A stretch of 64,000 bases of DNA. It comes from an uncultured Gammaproteobacteria bacterium. Lineage in GTDB: Bacteria; Pseudomonadota; Gammaproteobacteria; JAURND01. The stretch's first letter is position 1; each line of letters starts with the position of its first letter. The notes beneath the pieces were generated by a model. The model did no database searches. It was not told the DNA's origin and worked only from the letters and a program-made list of their open reading frames with translations. The stretch spans positions 1,056,001 through 1,120,000 of the forward strand of contig CAVQQD010000002.1 in assembly GCA_963714975.1 (NCBI GenBank). Direction: 5' to 3'. The translations under genes and the position numbers were made by a program. This document shows positions 30,499 to 41,658 of this stretch, piece after piece.

Positions 30499-31208
30499 TT
30501 TCTTACCCCCTCTCCCCAACCCTCTCCCACCTTTCCCACGTCATCCCGAGGAGCTTGTGACGAGGGATCTCCAGCAACTGGCGGAGATCCCTCGCTTCGC
30601 TCGGGATGACGGGTGCTCGAGTGGGAGAAAGGGGATTTAATTACCTTGGCTATATAGTCATATTCTACATTGACCCATTCCCCAATACCTACATACGCTA
30701 AGTTAGTTCGATCCAAAGTTTCTGGGACCAGCATAACCTCAAAACTTTCGGCATTATCATCAATTTGATTGAGTGTTAGACTAACACCGTTGATAGTAAT
30801 ACATCCTTTAGGAATGAGAAATTGGCGTGCTTCCTGACGAACTCCAGTAAATCGACAAGCAAGGAAATCATGATATTCTTCTTTATCCTCAAGCTGACAA
30901 ACTTGATCGATATGCCCCATCACAAAATGCCCATGCAAACGATCCGTTACCCGCAAGGAACGCTCTAAATGCACTGCAATCCCCACCTGCAAATTGAGCA
31001 TATGAGTCACTTTTAGGGTTTCAGGAGATACATCGCAAGTAAACTGCCCACCTTGGCAGGCGCTAACGGTTAAGCATACACCATCAACCGCAATACTTTC
31101 GCCAATTTCCAAATCAAAATAGGGACATGCGAAGGAAATTTGCTTGCCCTTTCTACGGTTTTTGATTTCAGCCACCCATCCACAATAATCAATATAGCCA
31201 GTAAACAT
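30495..31208 (-). CDS. ribE: Riboflavin synthase alpha chain with repeat-derived C-terminal tail
   Basis: MFTG start, SIAVDGVCLT, GHFVMGHID, NGVSLT, VNVEYD. Confidence 0.93.
   Translation of the reverse strand: MFTGYIDYCGWVAEIKNRRKGKQISFACPYFDLEIGESIAVDGVCLTVSACQGGQFTCDVSPETLKVTHMLNLQVGIAVHLERSLRVTDRLHGHFVMGHIDQVCQLEDKEEYHDFLACRFTGVRQEARQFLIPKGCITINGVSLTLNQIDDNAESFEVMLVPETLDRTNLAYVGIGEWVNVEYDYIAKVIKSPFSHSSTRHPERSEGSPPVAGDPSSQAPRDDVGKVGEGWGEGVRK
30505..30636. repeat. Nested palindromic repeat inside the ribE 3' end
   Basis: cgtcatcccgag...ctcgggatgacg stem with inner gagggatctcc/ggagatccctc, flanked by ctctcccac/gtgggaga. Confidence 0.85.
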
Positions 31209-31214
31209 ACGCGC

Positions 31215-31655
31215 TCAGTCAGGTAAAAAATCTAAATTTAATGCCTTGGTAAAAGAAAAAGGGCATTTTTGCGGAAACTTGTCTTTACTCAAGCCTGTTT
31301 CAGTAGCAGCCATTAATAAAGCTTTATGATAGGCCCGATTGATTTTTTGCTGTAACTCTGGTTTTAAGCTGGGGCTGTCTTCTAATAATTCAGTGACCTC
31401 AAAGCGTTGTTCCTCAATCGTATATTTCCAACTATTACTTCGCCGTTCTGGTTGGAATTGCCATTTGAGTAAATGGGCTAATAATATAGCAAAACGATTA
31501 ATTAACTCACGCTTGTCGCTTCTACCCATGCTTTCAAGCTCCTCTGCCAAATGATCAATGTCGAGTTCAGAAAATTTCCGTTGGCGTATTAATACGGCAT
31601 TATGCAAGGTCCATTGATAGAAATCTTGATGATACTCGGACAGTTTCTTTGCCAT
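31215..31655 (-). CDS. DUF29 family protein
   Basis: Y..DFYQW, EELESMG, LLAHLLKWQFQ, SWKYTI.EQR, DSPSL, FP..CPF. Confidence 0.9.
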   Translation of the reverse strand: MAKKLSEYHQDFYQWTLHNAVLIRQRKFSELDIDHLAEELESMGRSDKRELINRFAILLAHLLKWQFQPERRSNSWKYTIEEQRFEVTELLEDSPSLKPELQQKINRAYHKALLMAATETGLSKDKFPQKCPFSFTKALNLDFLPD

Positions 31656-31686
31656 AATAAGCCCTCTTTATAAAATGAGGGTTATG

Positions 31687-32742
31687 TTACCAGAAATGTG
31701 CTTCACACACCACATCTTGGCCCATTGGCTGCCAATGCATGGTTCGAGCAGTTAAATTTAAGGCTTTAGTAAATGCAGACTGCGCCGATTGGCCCAAAAT
31801 TTTAGGAGAAAGATAAAAGAAGATGCGATGCGCTAGCTCTGCCTTCACGAATGACTGAACGCAAGTCCCACCTGCTTCTACCCATAAATCATGGGCCCCA
31901 TCTTGGCCAATAAAAGCTAATGCCGCGGCTAAATCTAAGTAATGATCTTGGGTTGGTATTGGCTGACAACGCACTCCTTTAGCCAAAAGTTGATCTAATA
32001 AAGGGGAAGTTAGCCCCTCACGATAAAAAATCGTCACCCGACTCGCCGTAGCAAAAATACGCGCAGTTGGAATGATCGATAAATGAGTATCCAAAATATA
32101 CACCGGTTTCTGATAAACCTCGTTCCCTAAGCGGACATTAAGTTGTGGATTATCATGATTAATAGTTTTTGCAGTAGTCAAAATAGCGTCTGACCGATAG
32201 CGCCATTGATGGGTAAAAAGCTGCAATTCTGCACCTGTAATGGCAACCGGCTCACCCTTCGGACCAGCAATTTTGCCATCTAAACTCAAGGCAATTTTAG
32301 CCGTAACCCGAGGACGACGCTGCAAAGTCCAATGATGATAACTGGAATAGAAAGCCTCTATTTCTGGCACCAAAATTTGCTGACAAGTAATTCCAGCCTC
32401 TTTGAGTTGCTGCTCCCCTTTACCCGCCACTACAGGATTAGGATCTTGATAAGCATAGAATACTTCCTTTACTTGACGCTGAATCAATAAATTAGTGCAT
32501 GGCGGTGTTCTGCCAAAATGGCAGCAAGGCTCTAGGCTGAGGTAGACAGTGGATTGACGAGACTGCTCGAGAGTTAATTTTTGCAAGGCCTCTACTTCAG
32601 CATGAGGACGCCCTGCAGCCCAGTGAAAACCTTCTGATAAAATAGCCCCGTCCTTAACGACTACCGCCCCTACCGCTGGATTGGGAGCACAAAATCCACG
32701 CCTTTGTTCCGCAAGCGACAAAACCCGCTCGAAATAACTCAA
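31687..32742 (-). CDS. ribD: Riboflavin biosynthesis deaminase/reductase
   Basis: PNPAVG, HAE, LEPCCH.GRTPPC, SLDGKIA, VEAGG. Confidence 0.97.
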   Translation of the reverse strand: MSYFERVLSLAEQRRGFCAPNPAVGAVVVKDGAILSEGFHWAAGRPHAEVEALQKLTLEQSRQSTVYLSLEPCCHFGRTPPCTNLLIQRQVKEVFYAYQDPNPVVAGKGEQQLKEAGITCQQILVPEIEAFYSSYHHWTLQRRPRVTAKIALSLDGKIAGPKGEPVAITGAELQLFTHQWRYRSDAILTTAKTINHDNPQLNVRLGNEVYQKPVYILDTHLSIIPTARIFATASRVTIFYREGLTSPLLDQLLAKGVRCQPIPTQDHYLDLAAALAFIGQDGAHDLWVEAGGTCVQSFVKAELAHRIFFYLSPKILGQSAQSAFTKALNLTARTMHWQPMGQDVVCEAHFW

Positions 32743-33509
32743 CGTGCAATACCTCGCTTCGAATTTCGGATAGCTTCTACAAAAGACTTAACCTCGGGAT
32801 ATTCCAGTGACATTCTTTCCAGCTCTATAAGCGCCTCTTGCAATCGCAGGTCTTGTCGATAAGTTAATGAGTAAGCGCGCTTAAAAGCACGGATGCTTTG
32901 ATCGCTAAAGCCATGGCGCTTTAACCCCACCAAGTTAATTCCTCTGGGCGCTCCAGGTATTCCAGTCACCAACATATAGGGCGGAATATCTTGACCCACT
33001 TTAGTGGCCCGACCCAAAAAACTATAAGCACCGATGGAGACAAATTGATGCACTGCACAAAATGCACCAAACCAGGCAAAATCTTCTACTTGCACATGGC
33101 CTGCTAAGCTGGCGTTATTCGCCAAAGTTACCTCATTGCCGACAATGCAGTCATGAGCAACATGAACATAGGCCATAAAAAAATTTCGACTACCAATGCG
33201 GGTAACACCTCCTCCTTGTACAGTACCCCGATGAAAGGTACAAAATTCACGAATAATATTATCATCGCCTATTTCCAAAAAAGTAGGCTCACCCTGATAG
33301 CCACTATGTTGAGGATCCCCGCCTAAAGCCGCAAAAGCCTCAATTTTGTTGTTACAACCAATTTTAGTATTGGAATGAATATAGACATTAGGACCAATGT
33401 AAGTTCCAGAACCTATTTCCACATTGGGACCAATAATAGCAAACGGCGAAATGCGAACATCACTGGCAATTATAGCGCTCGGATCGACTATAGCACGGGG
33501 ATCAATCAC
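32739..33509 (-). CDS. lpxA: UDP-N-acetylglucosamine acyltransferase
   Basis: Hexapeptide repeats; IREF.T.HRGT, HVAHDC, HQF; GTG start overlapping the fabZ stop. Confidence 0.95.
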   Translation of the reverse strand: MIDPRAIVDPSAIIASDVRISPFAIIGPNVEIGSGTYIGPNVYIHSNTKIGCNNKIEAFAALGGDPQHSGYQGEPTFLEIGDDNIIREFCTFHRGTVQGGGVTRIGSRNFFMAYVHVAHDCIVGNEVTLANNASLAGHVQVEDFAWFGAFCAVHQFVSIGAYSFLGRATKVGQDIPPYMLVTGIPGAPRGINLVGLKRHGFSDQSIRAFKRAYSLTYRQDLRLQEALIELERMSLEYPEVKSFVEAIRNSKRGIAR

Positions 33510-33946
33510 TTTTTCCGTCTCCGCGTTTGCATCAATTCTGCCACACATGCCACTTCGCCATTCACCGTAGCAGTACCCTGAAATTTATATAAATCTTGTT
33601 TCGCACGTACCAATTCCACACGGAGCAATAATTGATCACCCGGTAACACCATGCGTTTAAAACGCGCATTATCAACACCTACGAATAAAAACAGATTGTC
33701 TTTATGAGACAAAGAAGGATTCGAGGTTAAGATGATAATGCCTGCGGCTTGGGCTAATGCTTCGAGAATAATGACTCCGGGCAGTACCGGTTGCTCAGGA
33801 AAATGTCCAGTAAAGAATGGCTCATTCACAGTTACATTTTTCAATGCTAATACTGACTTCTCATCCAACTCTAACACGCGATCGATCAATAAAAAAGGAT
33901 ATCGATGAGGCAAATATGCCATTATGTCTTGTATATCCATTGTCAC
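33506..33946 (-). CDS. fabZ: 3-hydroxyacyl-ACP dehydratase
   Basis: [22 protein letters not shown]. Confidence 0.97.
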   Translation of the reverse strand: MTMDIQDIMAYLPHRYPFLLIDRVLELDEKSVLALKNVTVNEPFFTGHFPEQPVLPGVIILEALAQAAGIIILTSNPSLSHKDNLFLFVGVDNARFKRMVLPGDQLLLRVELVRAKQDLYKFQGTATVNGEVACVAELMQTRRRKK

Positions 33947-34980
33947 GATAAGATTCCCTCTCTCTTTTCTAATTTCCGCAATCGACGCGCCATATCATCT
34001 AACTTGGTAAAACGGACCGCATTTTTTCTCCATTCCAGATTAGGATGAGCTGGGATACCCGAAGAATAAATTCCTGGATTTAAAATAGAGGAATGTACGT
34101 GGGTTCCAGCAGTTAAAATGACACGATCAGCAATTTCAAGATGTCCTGCAATACCCACTTTACCGCCAACCATGACATTTTTACCAATACGAACTCCTCC
34201 GGCAATTGCCACACAACCAGCAATGATAGAATGCGCCCCTATAATGACATTGTGCCCAATCTGAATCTGATTATCTAATTTAACCCCTGATTCGATTACA
34301 GTATCATTGAGAGCGCCTCGATCAATGGTGGTATTGGCGCCAATTTCCACATCATCGCCAACTTGCACCCCTCCTAACTGAGGAATTTTATACCAAGTTC
34401 CATTCTCATTTTCGAAACCAAAACCATCACTACCTAATACAGCTCCACTATGGATAATGACTCGATCACCTATTTTTACATCATGATACAAGGTGGCATT
34501 AGGCCACAACCAACAAACATCCCCGATCGTAACTGACTCTCCCAAAACGCAACCTGGACCAAGCACAGTACCTTCCCCGATGTGGGCATGATCTCCAATG
34601 ACACAATGTGGACCAATACTGGCTGTACTGGAAATGCTACAACATTCCCCTATCACCGCAGTAGGATGGATGCCAGGAGCTATAAAAGAGGGAGCTTGAA
34701 ATAAAACAGCAATCTTGGCAAAAGCCAAACGAGGATTTTGGGCAATGATTAAATTTCGATGAACTCCTGCATATTCAAGATCTTTGTGCGACAAAATAAT
34801 AGCAGAAGCATGTGTAGAAGCTAAAACATCCCGATAGCGTGGGTCATAAAAAAAAACCACATCCCCCTTTTCTGCGGCGTCTAATGAGGCTACTCCCTGA
34901 ATAAGACACTCAGGGTCACCTTGAAATTCAGCTTTTAAATACTGGGCTAATTCAGCTAATGTTACGTGTTTTTTCGACAT
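33943..34980 (-). CDS. lpxD: UDP-3-O-acyl-glucosamine N-acyltransferase
   Basis: [30 protein letters not shown]. Confidence 0.97.
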   Translation of the reverse strand: MSKKHVTLAELAQYLKAEFQGDPECLIQGVASLDAAEKGDVVFFYDPRYRDVLASTHASAIILSHKDLEYAGVHRNLIIAQNPRLAFAKIAVLFQAPSFIAPGIHPTAVIGECCSISSTASIGPHCVIGDHAHIGEGTVLGPGCVLGESVTIGDVCWLWPNATLYHDVKIGDRVIIHSGAVLGSDGFGFENENGTWYKIPQLGGVQVGDDVEIGANTTIDRGALNDTVIESGVKLDNQIQIGHNVIIGAHSIIAGCVAIAGGVRIGKNVMVGGKVGIAGHLEIADRVILTAGTHVHSSILNPGIYSSGIPAHPNLEWRKNAVRFTKLDDMARRLRKLEKREGILS

Positions 34981-35074
34981 TTAATTTATACCTCGGGATT
35001 AATCCCTAACCCCTTCTCCCACAAGGGGAGAAGGAATAATGCCGCGGGTTTATGTAGAGGGGATGGATTATAAA

Positions 35075-35581
35075 TTACTTCTGCCCAAATGCACTACGCA
35101 CAGCACCTGTTATATCTGTGCCATCAGGAGCATAAGGAGCGACTTCAGCTAGAAGCACATAATCGTAACCGCTTGATTTAGCCACTTGGGCTACCTTAGC
35201 TTTGACCTTATCTAACAAGACATTAACTTGTTTACTTTGAGCAGCCACGTAGTCACGTTGAAAACCCATTTGCAGTTGCTTTAAATTTTGTTCTTCCTGG
35301 ACTAACCTTTGGGTAGCTGCCTGCTTACCTTTCTCTGTAATGGTAGCTACATTACGATTAAAGTCTTCATAGTCTTTCTTAAAAGCAGCTTGAGCTGACT
35401 TTATCTTGCTCTCTTTATCGGCAAAGTCTTTTTTCAAATTATCGCCAATAGCTTTCATTTCCGGCAAATTTTGCAATAAATCCTGCATATTCAAAATTCC
35501 GATTTTAACGTCAGCCCATGCTGTAGAAAATACAGTTAAGCAAATTCCTGCAAAACAGGTTATCAAAATTTTTTTCATCAA
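35075..35581 (-). CDS. skp: OmpH/Skp periplasmic chaperone
   Basis: Signal peptide, KIGILN, coiled coil, DIT; between bamA and lpxD. Confidence 0.88.
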   Translation of the reverse strand: MMKKILITCFAGICLTVFSTAWADVKIGILNMQDLLQNLPEMKAIGDNLKKDFADKESKIKSAQAAFKKDYEDFNRNVATITEKGKQAATQRLVQEEQNLKQLQMGFQRDYVAAQSKQVNVLLDKVKAKVAQVAKSSGYDYVLLAEVAPYAPDGTDITGAVRSAFGQK

Positions 35582-35776
35582 TTTCTCCTAATGTTAATTG
35601 TTTAGACTACGCCCGCGGCATAGCCGCTGGCTTGCCCAAGGGGGAGAACTGCATCTCTCCCCCTTGGTAATCCCCCATGACTTTGTCCATGGCTAATGGG
35701 TTTAAATTAAAATCCATCTTTGCAGTTCCAGATGAACAGCCCAGATGAAGGTTGTAGAGTATATATAAATATCAGA

Positions 35777-38068
35777 TTAAAAACTAGTTCCTACAGAAAA
35801 TTGAAACGCCTCTAATTGATCGTCGTCTCGAGAATTGATAGCCTTAGCCAAACTAAGCCGTAACAAACCCATAGGAGAAGCCCAATCTACTTCTATACCC
35901 GTTGAACAACGTAACTTACGGAAACTAAACTCATCGTGATACACATTACCCGCATCAAAAAATACCGAAGTACGTACCCGCTCACTAATTGGGTTAGGGA
36001 TAATTAAATTAAAACTTCCCACTGCTAAGACATTACCCCCAATAGGATTGTTATTAGAATCCCTGGGACCTAAACTGTTTCCTTCATAACCTCGAACCGT
36101 TCCCATGCCACCTGCATAGTAATTTTTAAAGAATGGCAACTGACTTAGATTACCGTAACCATTGCCATAACCCAAACCAGCATTTAATAACAAAATAACG
36201 CCCTTCCAAATCGGTTGATACAGGGTCGCATCATAATTCAATTTATAATAGTCCAGGGGGTGAGGGAGTAACGGGACACCCAGTTCAGCACCTACCCATT
36301 GGTTAAAGCCTTTGGTCGGAAATACGGCACGATCATAAGTATTGTGCATCCACCCCAGAAGGAATTTCACATTATTAAAATGATTACCATTATCCTCAAT
36401 AAATTCGGTGATCTGCTTTGACGGTGTTCCAGTTTTTACATGCAAATACTCATAACCATAGGAAAAATTAATCCGATCAAATTCGCTCATAGGTATCTGA
36501 TAAGTCATGGCAGTTCCTATAGAATCTAAGGTGTAAGGAGCAATATCCGTTGCAGCGCCTGGTGTGGTTTGTTGGTAAAACATGCTAAAACCACGACTTA
36601 TGCCAGAAAGAGTATAATAAGGATCAAAATAACTAAAGCTGTAGGTTTGTGCGTATTGGCTGTTATTAAATCCTAAAGAAACTGATTTACCAGTGCCCCT
36701 AAAGTTCTTTTGCACAATGCTAGCACCATAGAGAATTCCATAAGTATCTGAATACCCTACTTGCGCACTCGCCGTTGTAGAGGAAGCTTCCTTGACATTG
36801 TAATTGACATCCACCTGATCGAGCTTTCCTGGTACAGGTTGCATCGTCACTTGGATATTCTCCAAATACCCCAAGTTATTGAGGCGACGATTGGTTTCAT
36901 CTAATTTCGATACCGAATAAACCGCACCTTCCATTTGTCGGGTTTCTCGTCTCATCACATAATCGGCTGTTTTAGTATTCCCGGTATAATTGATATTTCT
37001 CACATAAATACGTTCTTTTAAACTGACAATAAAAGTTAAAAAGACTTGTTTGTGTATTTCATCAATGGTGGGTTCAGCATTTACCATGGCATTGGCATAG
37101 CCCTGATCACCATAATAACGGCCTATTGCACTATTAATGGCCAATACTTTTCTACGATCAAATACTTGATTAGGTTTAATGATCACTAATTTACTTACAG
37201 CTTGCTCTTGGCCTAACAAGTTACCGCCTAACGCAAACCCTTTGATCCGGTACACATCTCCTTCACTAACATGAATGGTAATATAAACGTCTTTTCGATT
37301 TGGAGTAATAGTGACTTGGCTGGAATCAATTTTAAATTTGATATAGCCCCGATCAAAATAAAATGAACGCAAATCATCTAAATCTTGTTGGAGTTTCTCT
37401 TGAGAATATTCGTCACGATCGCTAAAAAATTGCCACCAAGAAGTAGGAGTCATTGTCAGTTGACTTATTAACTTCTTACTGCTAAATACTTTGTTACCTA
37501 CAATATTAATTTCTTTAACTTTAGCAATATGCCCTTCATAAATATGGATGTTTAATTCCACGCGATTGCGGCTTTGCGGCTGTAGAGAAGTTTCCACAGT
37601 CGCATCATAACGACCCAATGCATAATATTGCTCAAGTAATGCCCGCTTCATTGCTTCTACGGTAGATTGGTCGAGCACTTCTCCTTCCTGGATGCCACCG
37701 CGTTTTAAAGCATCTTGTAAATCTTTGGTCTTAACCTTTTTATTTCCGGTAATCGTTATCAGACCAATCGTAGCACGCTCCATGACGTGAATGACTAAAG
37801 TGTTCCCCCGCCGCGATAAGCTAACATCGCTAAAAAAACCAGTCTTATATAGAGCATTAATAATTTCGCCAGTGTCCTCAGCATTGATAGTCTGCCCTTC
37901 ATGGATAGGCAAATATTCTAGGACAGTCTGAGAATTGATTCTTTGCAGGCCAACAACTTCAATCTTCTCCACTAAAAAACCGTCTGCGGCATAAGCGGAA
38001 AAAACCAGCAACCCAAACAACAACAATAATATAGCAGAGACTATATTCTTAATTTTATTTAGAAACAT
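35777..38068 (-). CDS. bamA: Outer membrane protein assembly factor BamA
   Basis: POTRA repeats; YAGGMGTVRGY; C-terminal FQFSVGTSF. Confidence 0.97.
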   Translation of the reverse strand: MFLNKIKNIVSAILLLLFGLLVFSAYAADGFLVEKIEVVGLQRINSQTVLEYLPIHEGQTINAEDTGEIINALYKTGFFSDVSLSRRGNTLVIHVMERATIGLITITGNKKVKTKDLQDALKRGGIQEGEVLDQSTVEAMKRALLEQYYALGRYDATVETSLQPQSRNRVELNIHIYEGHIAKVKEINIVGNKVFSSKKLISQLTMTPTSWWQFFSDRDEYSQEKLQQDLDDLRSFYFDRGYIKFKIDSSQVTITPNRKDVYITIHVSEGDVYRIKGFALGGNLLGQEQAVSKLVIIKPNQVFDRRKVLAINSAIGRYYGDQGYANAMVNAEPTIDEIHKQVFLTFIVSLKERIYVRNINYTGNTKTADYVMRRETRQMEGAVYSVSKLDETNRRLNNLGYLENIQVTMQPVPGKLDQVDVNYNVKEASSTTASAQVGYSDTYGILYGASIVQKNFRGTGKSVSLGFNNSQYAQTYSFSYFDPYYTLSGISRGFSMFYQQTTPGAATDIAPYTLDSIGTAMTYQIPMSEFDRINFSYGYEYLHVKTGTPSKQITEFIEDNGNHFNNVKFLLGWMHNTYDRAVFPTKGFNQWVGAELGVPLLPHPLDYYKLNYDATLYQPIWKGVILLLNAGLGYGNGYGNLSQLPFFKNYYAGGMGTVRGYEGNSLGPRDSNNNPIGGNVLAVGSFNLIIPNPISERVRTSVFFDAGNVYHDEFSFRKLRCSTGIEVDWASPMGLLRLSLAKAINSRDDDQLEAFQFSVGTSF

Positions 38069-38083
38069 GTTAATTGCCTATTA

Positions 38084-39388
38084 TTAGTATTCTTCAACTG
38101 CAGTTCCACCAACTACACTTCCTAAAGAAGCGCGAGTATACCTCAAGTTTTGCTTCGCTTCTACACGAGCTATAGCATCAGCTGCCAAAATAGCTTCTAA
38201 ATTTTTAGCAGCGTTTACCGAAACATTACTCAATACCTGCTCCACAATCACGGGAATATCCATAAAACCTATTTTTCGCTCTAAAAAGGCTTGTACTGCC
38301 ACCTCATTTGCAGCATTCAAGATGGTAGTGGCTGTCCCGCCTCTTTGCAAAGCCTGCAATGCCAACGCAAAGCAAGGGTAACGCTCCAACGACAGCGGCC
38401 TAAATTCAAAAGGCTGCGTTGTTAACAAATCTAAACTGCTTACACCGGAAACCATACGTTTTGGCCAGGCTAATGTTTGCGCAATGGGGGTACGCATATC
38501 CGGTTGCCCCAATTGCGCCAGCATGGAACCATCTACATATTCCACTAGAGAGTGAATAACACTTTGGGGATGTAATACTACATGGATATCGGGTTGCTTC
38601 ATCCCAAATAACCAACTGGCTTCAATCACTTCTAAGCCCTTATTCATCATCGTGGCGCAATCTACGGTGATTTTTTTTCCCATCAGCCAATTGGGGTGCT
38701 GACAGGCTTGTTCTGGTGTTGCTTCGGCTAAACGATCCAACGGCCAATCGCGAAATACCCCGCCAGAGGCAGTTAAAATGATCCGTTTGACTCCAGCACA
38801 AGGATAGCCAGGGTTAAAATCAGTCGGCAAACATTGAAAAATAGCATTATGTTCACTGTCCACAGGCAATAAAATAGCGCCACTGTTATGGACCGCCTCT
38901 ATCAATAATGCGCCTGACATCACCAAGGCCTCTTTATTAGCCAGGAGAACTCGCTTGCCTGCATTCGCTGCCGCTAAGGTGGGTAATAACCCTGCAGCTC
39001 CCACGATACAAGCCATAACAGTGTCCACCTCAGCATCACTAGCCACCCGGACTAAAGCATCTTCTCCTACTAATACTTGGGTTTCTTGCCCCTGTTGGTT
39101 AAGTTGCTTTTCAAGCACGGCAGCCGCATTTTCATCACGCAGTACGACATAGCGAGGATTAAATTCACGACATTGCTTTAATAGACATTCGATATTATTG
39201 TTGGCTGTTAGGGCAAATACCCGGAATTGCTCTGGATGTAATGCAATAACTTTTAAGGTATTGACTCCAATTGAACCTGTAGAGCCCAAAATAGTAATGT
39301 TGCTCGTGCCAGAAAAAACAAAGTCGCTTTGGCTTCCTGCGCCATGGACCCCTACTTCCTGCAGAGACGACGTGAGAGTAGTATTCAT
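38084..39388 (-). CDS. dxr: 1-deoxy-D-xylulose-5-phosphate reductoisomerase
   Basis: ILGSTGSIG, LANKE, PVDSEH, MNKGLE; ATGA overlap with cdsA. Confidence 0.96.
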   Translation of the reverse strand: MNTTLTSSLQEVGVHGAGSQSDFVFSGTSNITILGSTGSIGVNTLKVIALHPEQFRVFALTANNNIECLLKQCREFNPRYVVLRDENAAAVLEKQLNQQGQETQVLVGEDALVRVASDAEVDTVMACIVGAAGLLPTLAAANAGKRVLLANKEALVMSGALLIEAVHNSGAILLPVDSEHNAIFQCLPTDFNPGYPCAGVKRIILTASGGVFRDWPLDRLAEATPEQACQHPNWLMGKKITVDCATMMNKGLEVIEASWLFGMKQPDIHVVLHPQSVIHSLVEYVDGSMLAQLGQPDMRTPIAQTLAWPKRMVSGVSSLDLLTTQPFEFRPLSLERYPCFALALQALQRGGTATTILNAANEVAVQAFLERKIGFMDIPVIVEQVLSNVSVNAAKNLEAILAADAIARVEAKQNLRYTRASLGSVVGGTAVEEY

Positions 39389-40203
39389 TTTAAATGATAT
39401 TCTAACAACCAAACTCCAATAGCAAAAAATGGGGAGGCACTAATGAGGCTATCGAGACGATCTAAAACGCCTCCGTGGCCAGGCAATAAATTTCCGCTGT
39501 CTTTGACTCGGGCTTGCCTTTTTACCATACTTTCAAAGAGATCACCGGCAACAGTTACAAAAGAAATTAGTGCGGCAAGGAATAAAAAACCAACATATTG
39601 TTTTAAGCCAAAAGGAAAAAATAATCCCACAACTGCTGCAACAATCAAGGTAAGGCCAACGCCTCCAACCATCCCTTCAACTGTTTTACCAGGACTAATT
39701 GTAGGAGCCAACTTCTGTCGACCAAAAGAGCGACCAATAAAATAAGCTCCAGTATCAGCGCTCCAAACATAGATCAGTAAAATAATAAGATAAGCAGGAC
39801 CTAAATAGGAATCTTGAGAACGAATATAATTAATTGAATACCAGGCAATGCTGAGCAGCAATAACCCAAGCACCGATCTCAGCGGCCTATTAACCGACCA
39901 AATTTCGCCAAACATAGCGTAATTAAAAATAAAATAGCTGAGTATTAGCCAAAGTAATATTCCCACCAGCAACACCACCGGGGCTTGTATCTGATATATG
40001 ACACAAAAACCAAGAAACATGATTACTAAATAGGAACCTTGGGCTTTAATTGTTTCAAAGCCAATTAACTTGGCCCACTCCCAAGCAGCTACTAAAAAAA
40101 CGACTCCCACCATGGCCACAAACCAATACTGAGGCAAAAGCAAAATAGCTAGTAGTACTAGTGGGATTATTATGATTGAAGTGATAACTCGTTTGAGTAA
40201 CAT
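39385..40203 (-). CDS. cdsA: Phosphatidate cytidylyltransferase
   Basis: DTGAYF, SPGKT.EG, GDLFES..KR...KDSG..LPGHGG.LDR.DS. Confidence 0.96.
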   Translation of the reverse strand: MLLKRVITSIIIIPLVLLAILLLPQYWFVAMVGVVFLVAAWEWAKLIGFETIKAQGSYLVIMFLGFCVIYQIQAPVVLLVGILLWLILSYFIFNYAMFGEIWSVNRPLRSVLGLLLLSIAWYSINYIRSQDSYLGPAYLIILLIYVWSADTGAYFIGRSFGRQKLAPTISPGKTVEGMVGGVGLTLIVAAVVGLFFPFGLKQYVGFLFLAALISFVTVAGDLFESMVKRQARVKDSGNLLPGHGGVLDRLDSLISASPFFAIGVWLLEYHLK

Positions 40204-40229
40204 TGCCCCTCCTTGAAATCTCCCCTAAC

Positions 40230-40964
40230 CTAGGGGGGATTTGTTGTTTTAACTAATCCATAACGCCGCTGCCGTAAAGAAAATTCATATAATGCTTGTT
40301 CAAACTCTACCTCATTAAAATCTGGCCATAAAATCTCAGTAAAATACAGTTCAGTATAAGCCAACTGCCAAAGCAGAAAATTACTGATTCTTTGCTCACC
40401 ACTAGTGCGAATGAATAAATCAGGCAAGGGCAAATCCGCTAAGCATAAAAAATTCTGAATGTGCTGATAAGTAATTTCAACTGCTGTTAATGCTTTTTTG
40501 GCTATTTTCGCACCTAGTTTCTGTGTAGCCTGTAGTATGTCCCATTGACCGCTATAATTAAAAGCAATCACTAATGTCAGACCGGTATTAGCCTCAGTCA
40601 GTGTTTGCACATGTTCAATTTTGGCTAATAATTCCGAGCTAATTCTGGCGCGGTCTCCTATTACGCGAAATTGAATATTATTTTTTAAAAACTGTGCCGA
40701 TTGCTCATGTAAATTTGTTAAAAATAGATCCATTAAAAAATTAATTTCTTCCTCAGGTCTACCCCAATTTTCAATTCCAAAGGCAAATAACGTCAGCACT
40801 GAAATTTGTTTTTCCACTGCCACCTTAAGAATTTTTTCAATGCTCTTAACACCTGCTTCATGGCCAGCAACACGAGGTAAGTTGCGCGACTCTGCCCATC
40901 GTCCATTACCATCCATCACAATGGCGATATGTTTTGGCAAATTGTCAGTTGGAGTAGAATTCAT
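40230..40964 (-). CDS. uppS: Undecaprenyl diphosphate synthase
   Basis: HIAIVMDGNGRWA, RTSGEQRISNFLLWQ. Confidence 0.97.
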   Translation of the reverse strand: MNSTPTDNLPKHIAIVMDGNGRWAESRNLPRVAGHEAGVKSIEKILKVAVEKQISVLTLFAFGIENWGRPEEEINFLMDLFLTNLHEQSAQFLKNNIQFRVIGDRARISSELLAKIEHVQTLTEANTGLTLVIAFNYSGQWDILQATQKLGAKIAKKALTAVEITYQHIQNFLCLADLPLPDLFIRTSGEQRISNFLLWQLAYTELYFTEILWPDFNEVEFEQALYEFSLRQRRYGLVKTTNPP

Positions 40965-40971
40965 GAGGAAT

Positions 40972-41526
40972 CTAAACCTCCATTAATTCTGCTTCCTTAG
41001 CCGCCAATATCTTATCTAATTCAGCAACAAATTTATCGGTTAGCTTTTGCATTTCCGATTCTGCCCGCCGTGCTTCGTCCTCATTCACTTGTTTTTCTTT
41101 CAATAAATCTTTAACACTTTGATTCGCATCTCGGCGAATATTTCGTACCGCGACCCGTGCTCCTTCCGCTGCTTCTCGCACTATTTTCACCAATTCTCTG
41201 CGCCGCTCTTCACTTAAAGGTGGTAGAGGAACTCGTATCAGGGTACCAGCCGGCATAGGATTGAGACCTAATTCAGAAGCTGCGATAGCTTTCTCAATGG
41301 CCTGGACTTGCGATTTATCCCACGGCGTTACTAATAACATCCGTGCACTTTCTACAGAAATGCTAGCAACCTGATTTAAAGGAGTATCCGTCCCATAAAA
41401 AGAAACTTTAATATGATCCAACAAAGCGGGGTTCGCTCTTCCAGTACGTATTTTGGTTAGATCCTGACCCAACGCCTCAACGCTTTTCTGCATTCGCGTA
41501 TTGGCTTCTTTAATAATTGATTGCAT
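40972..41526 (-). CDS. frr: Ribosome recycling factor
   Basis: [22 protein letters not shown]. Confidence 0.97.
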   Translation of the reverse strand: MQSIIKEANTRMQKSVEALGQDLTKIRTGRANPALLDHIKVSFYGTDTPLNQVASISVESARMLLVTPWDKSQVQAIEKAIAASELGLNPMPAGTLIRVPLPPLSEERRRELVKIVREAAEGARVAVRNIRRDANQSVKDLLKEKQVNEDEARRAESEMQKLTDKFVAELDKILAAKEAELMEV

Positions 41527-41572
41527 AGTTATTACCTCAATATAAATCTGAGAGTGCTAGAACCTTAGCTTA

Positions 41573-41640
41573 CCCCTCATCCGCCAGCCTCCCCTGAGCC
41601 TGTCGAAGGGGCGCCTTCTCCCACAAAGGGAGAAGGAATA
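41573..41640. repeat. Dispersed ccttctcccacaaggggagaagg hairpin family
   Basis: Related copies at ~16240, 19810, 25655, 27693, 35011, 41573, 61357, 61460, 61610; intergenic copies could act as terminators. Confidence 0.85.
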
Positions 41641-41658
41641 ATGTCAAAAGAGGGGGGG

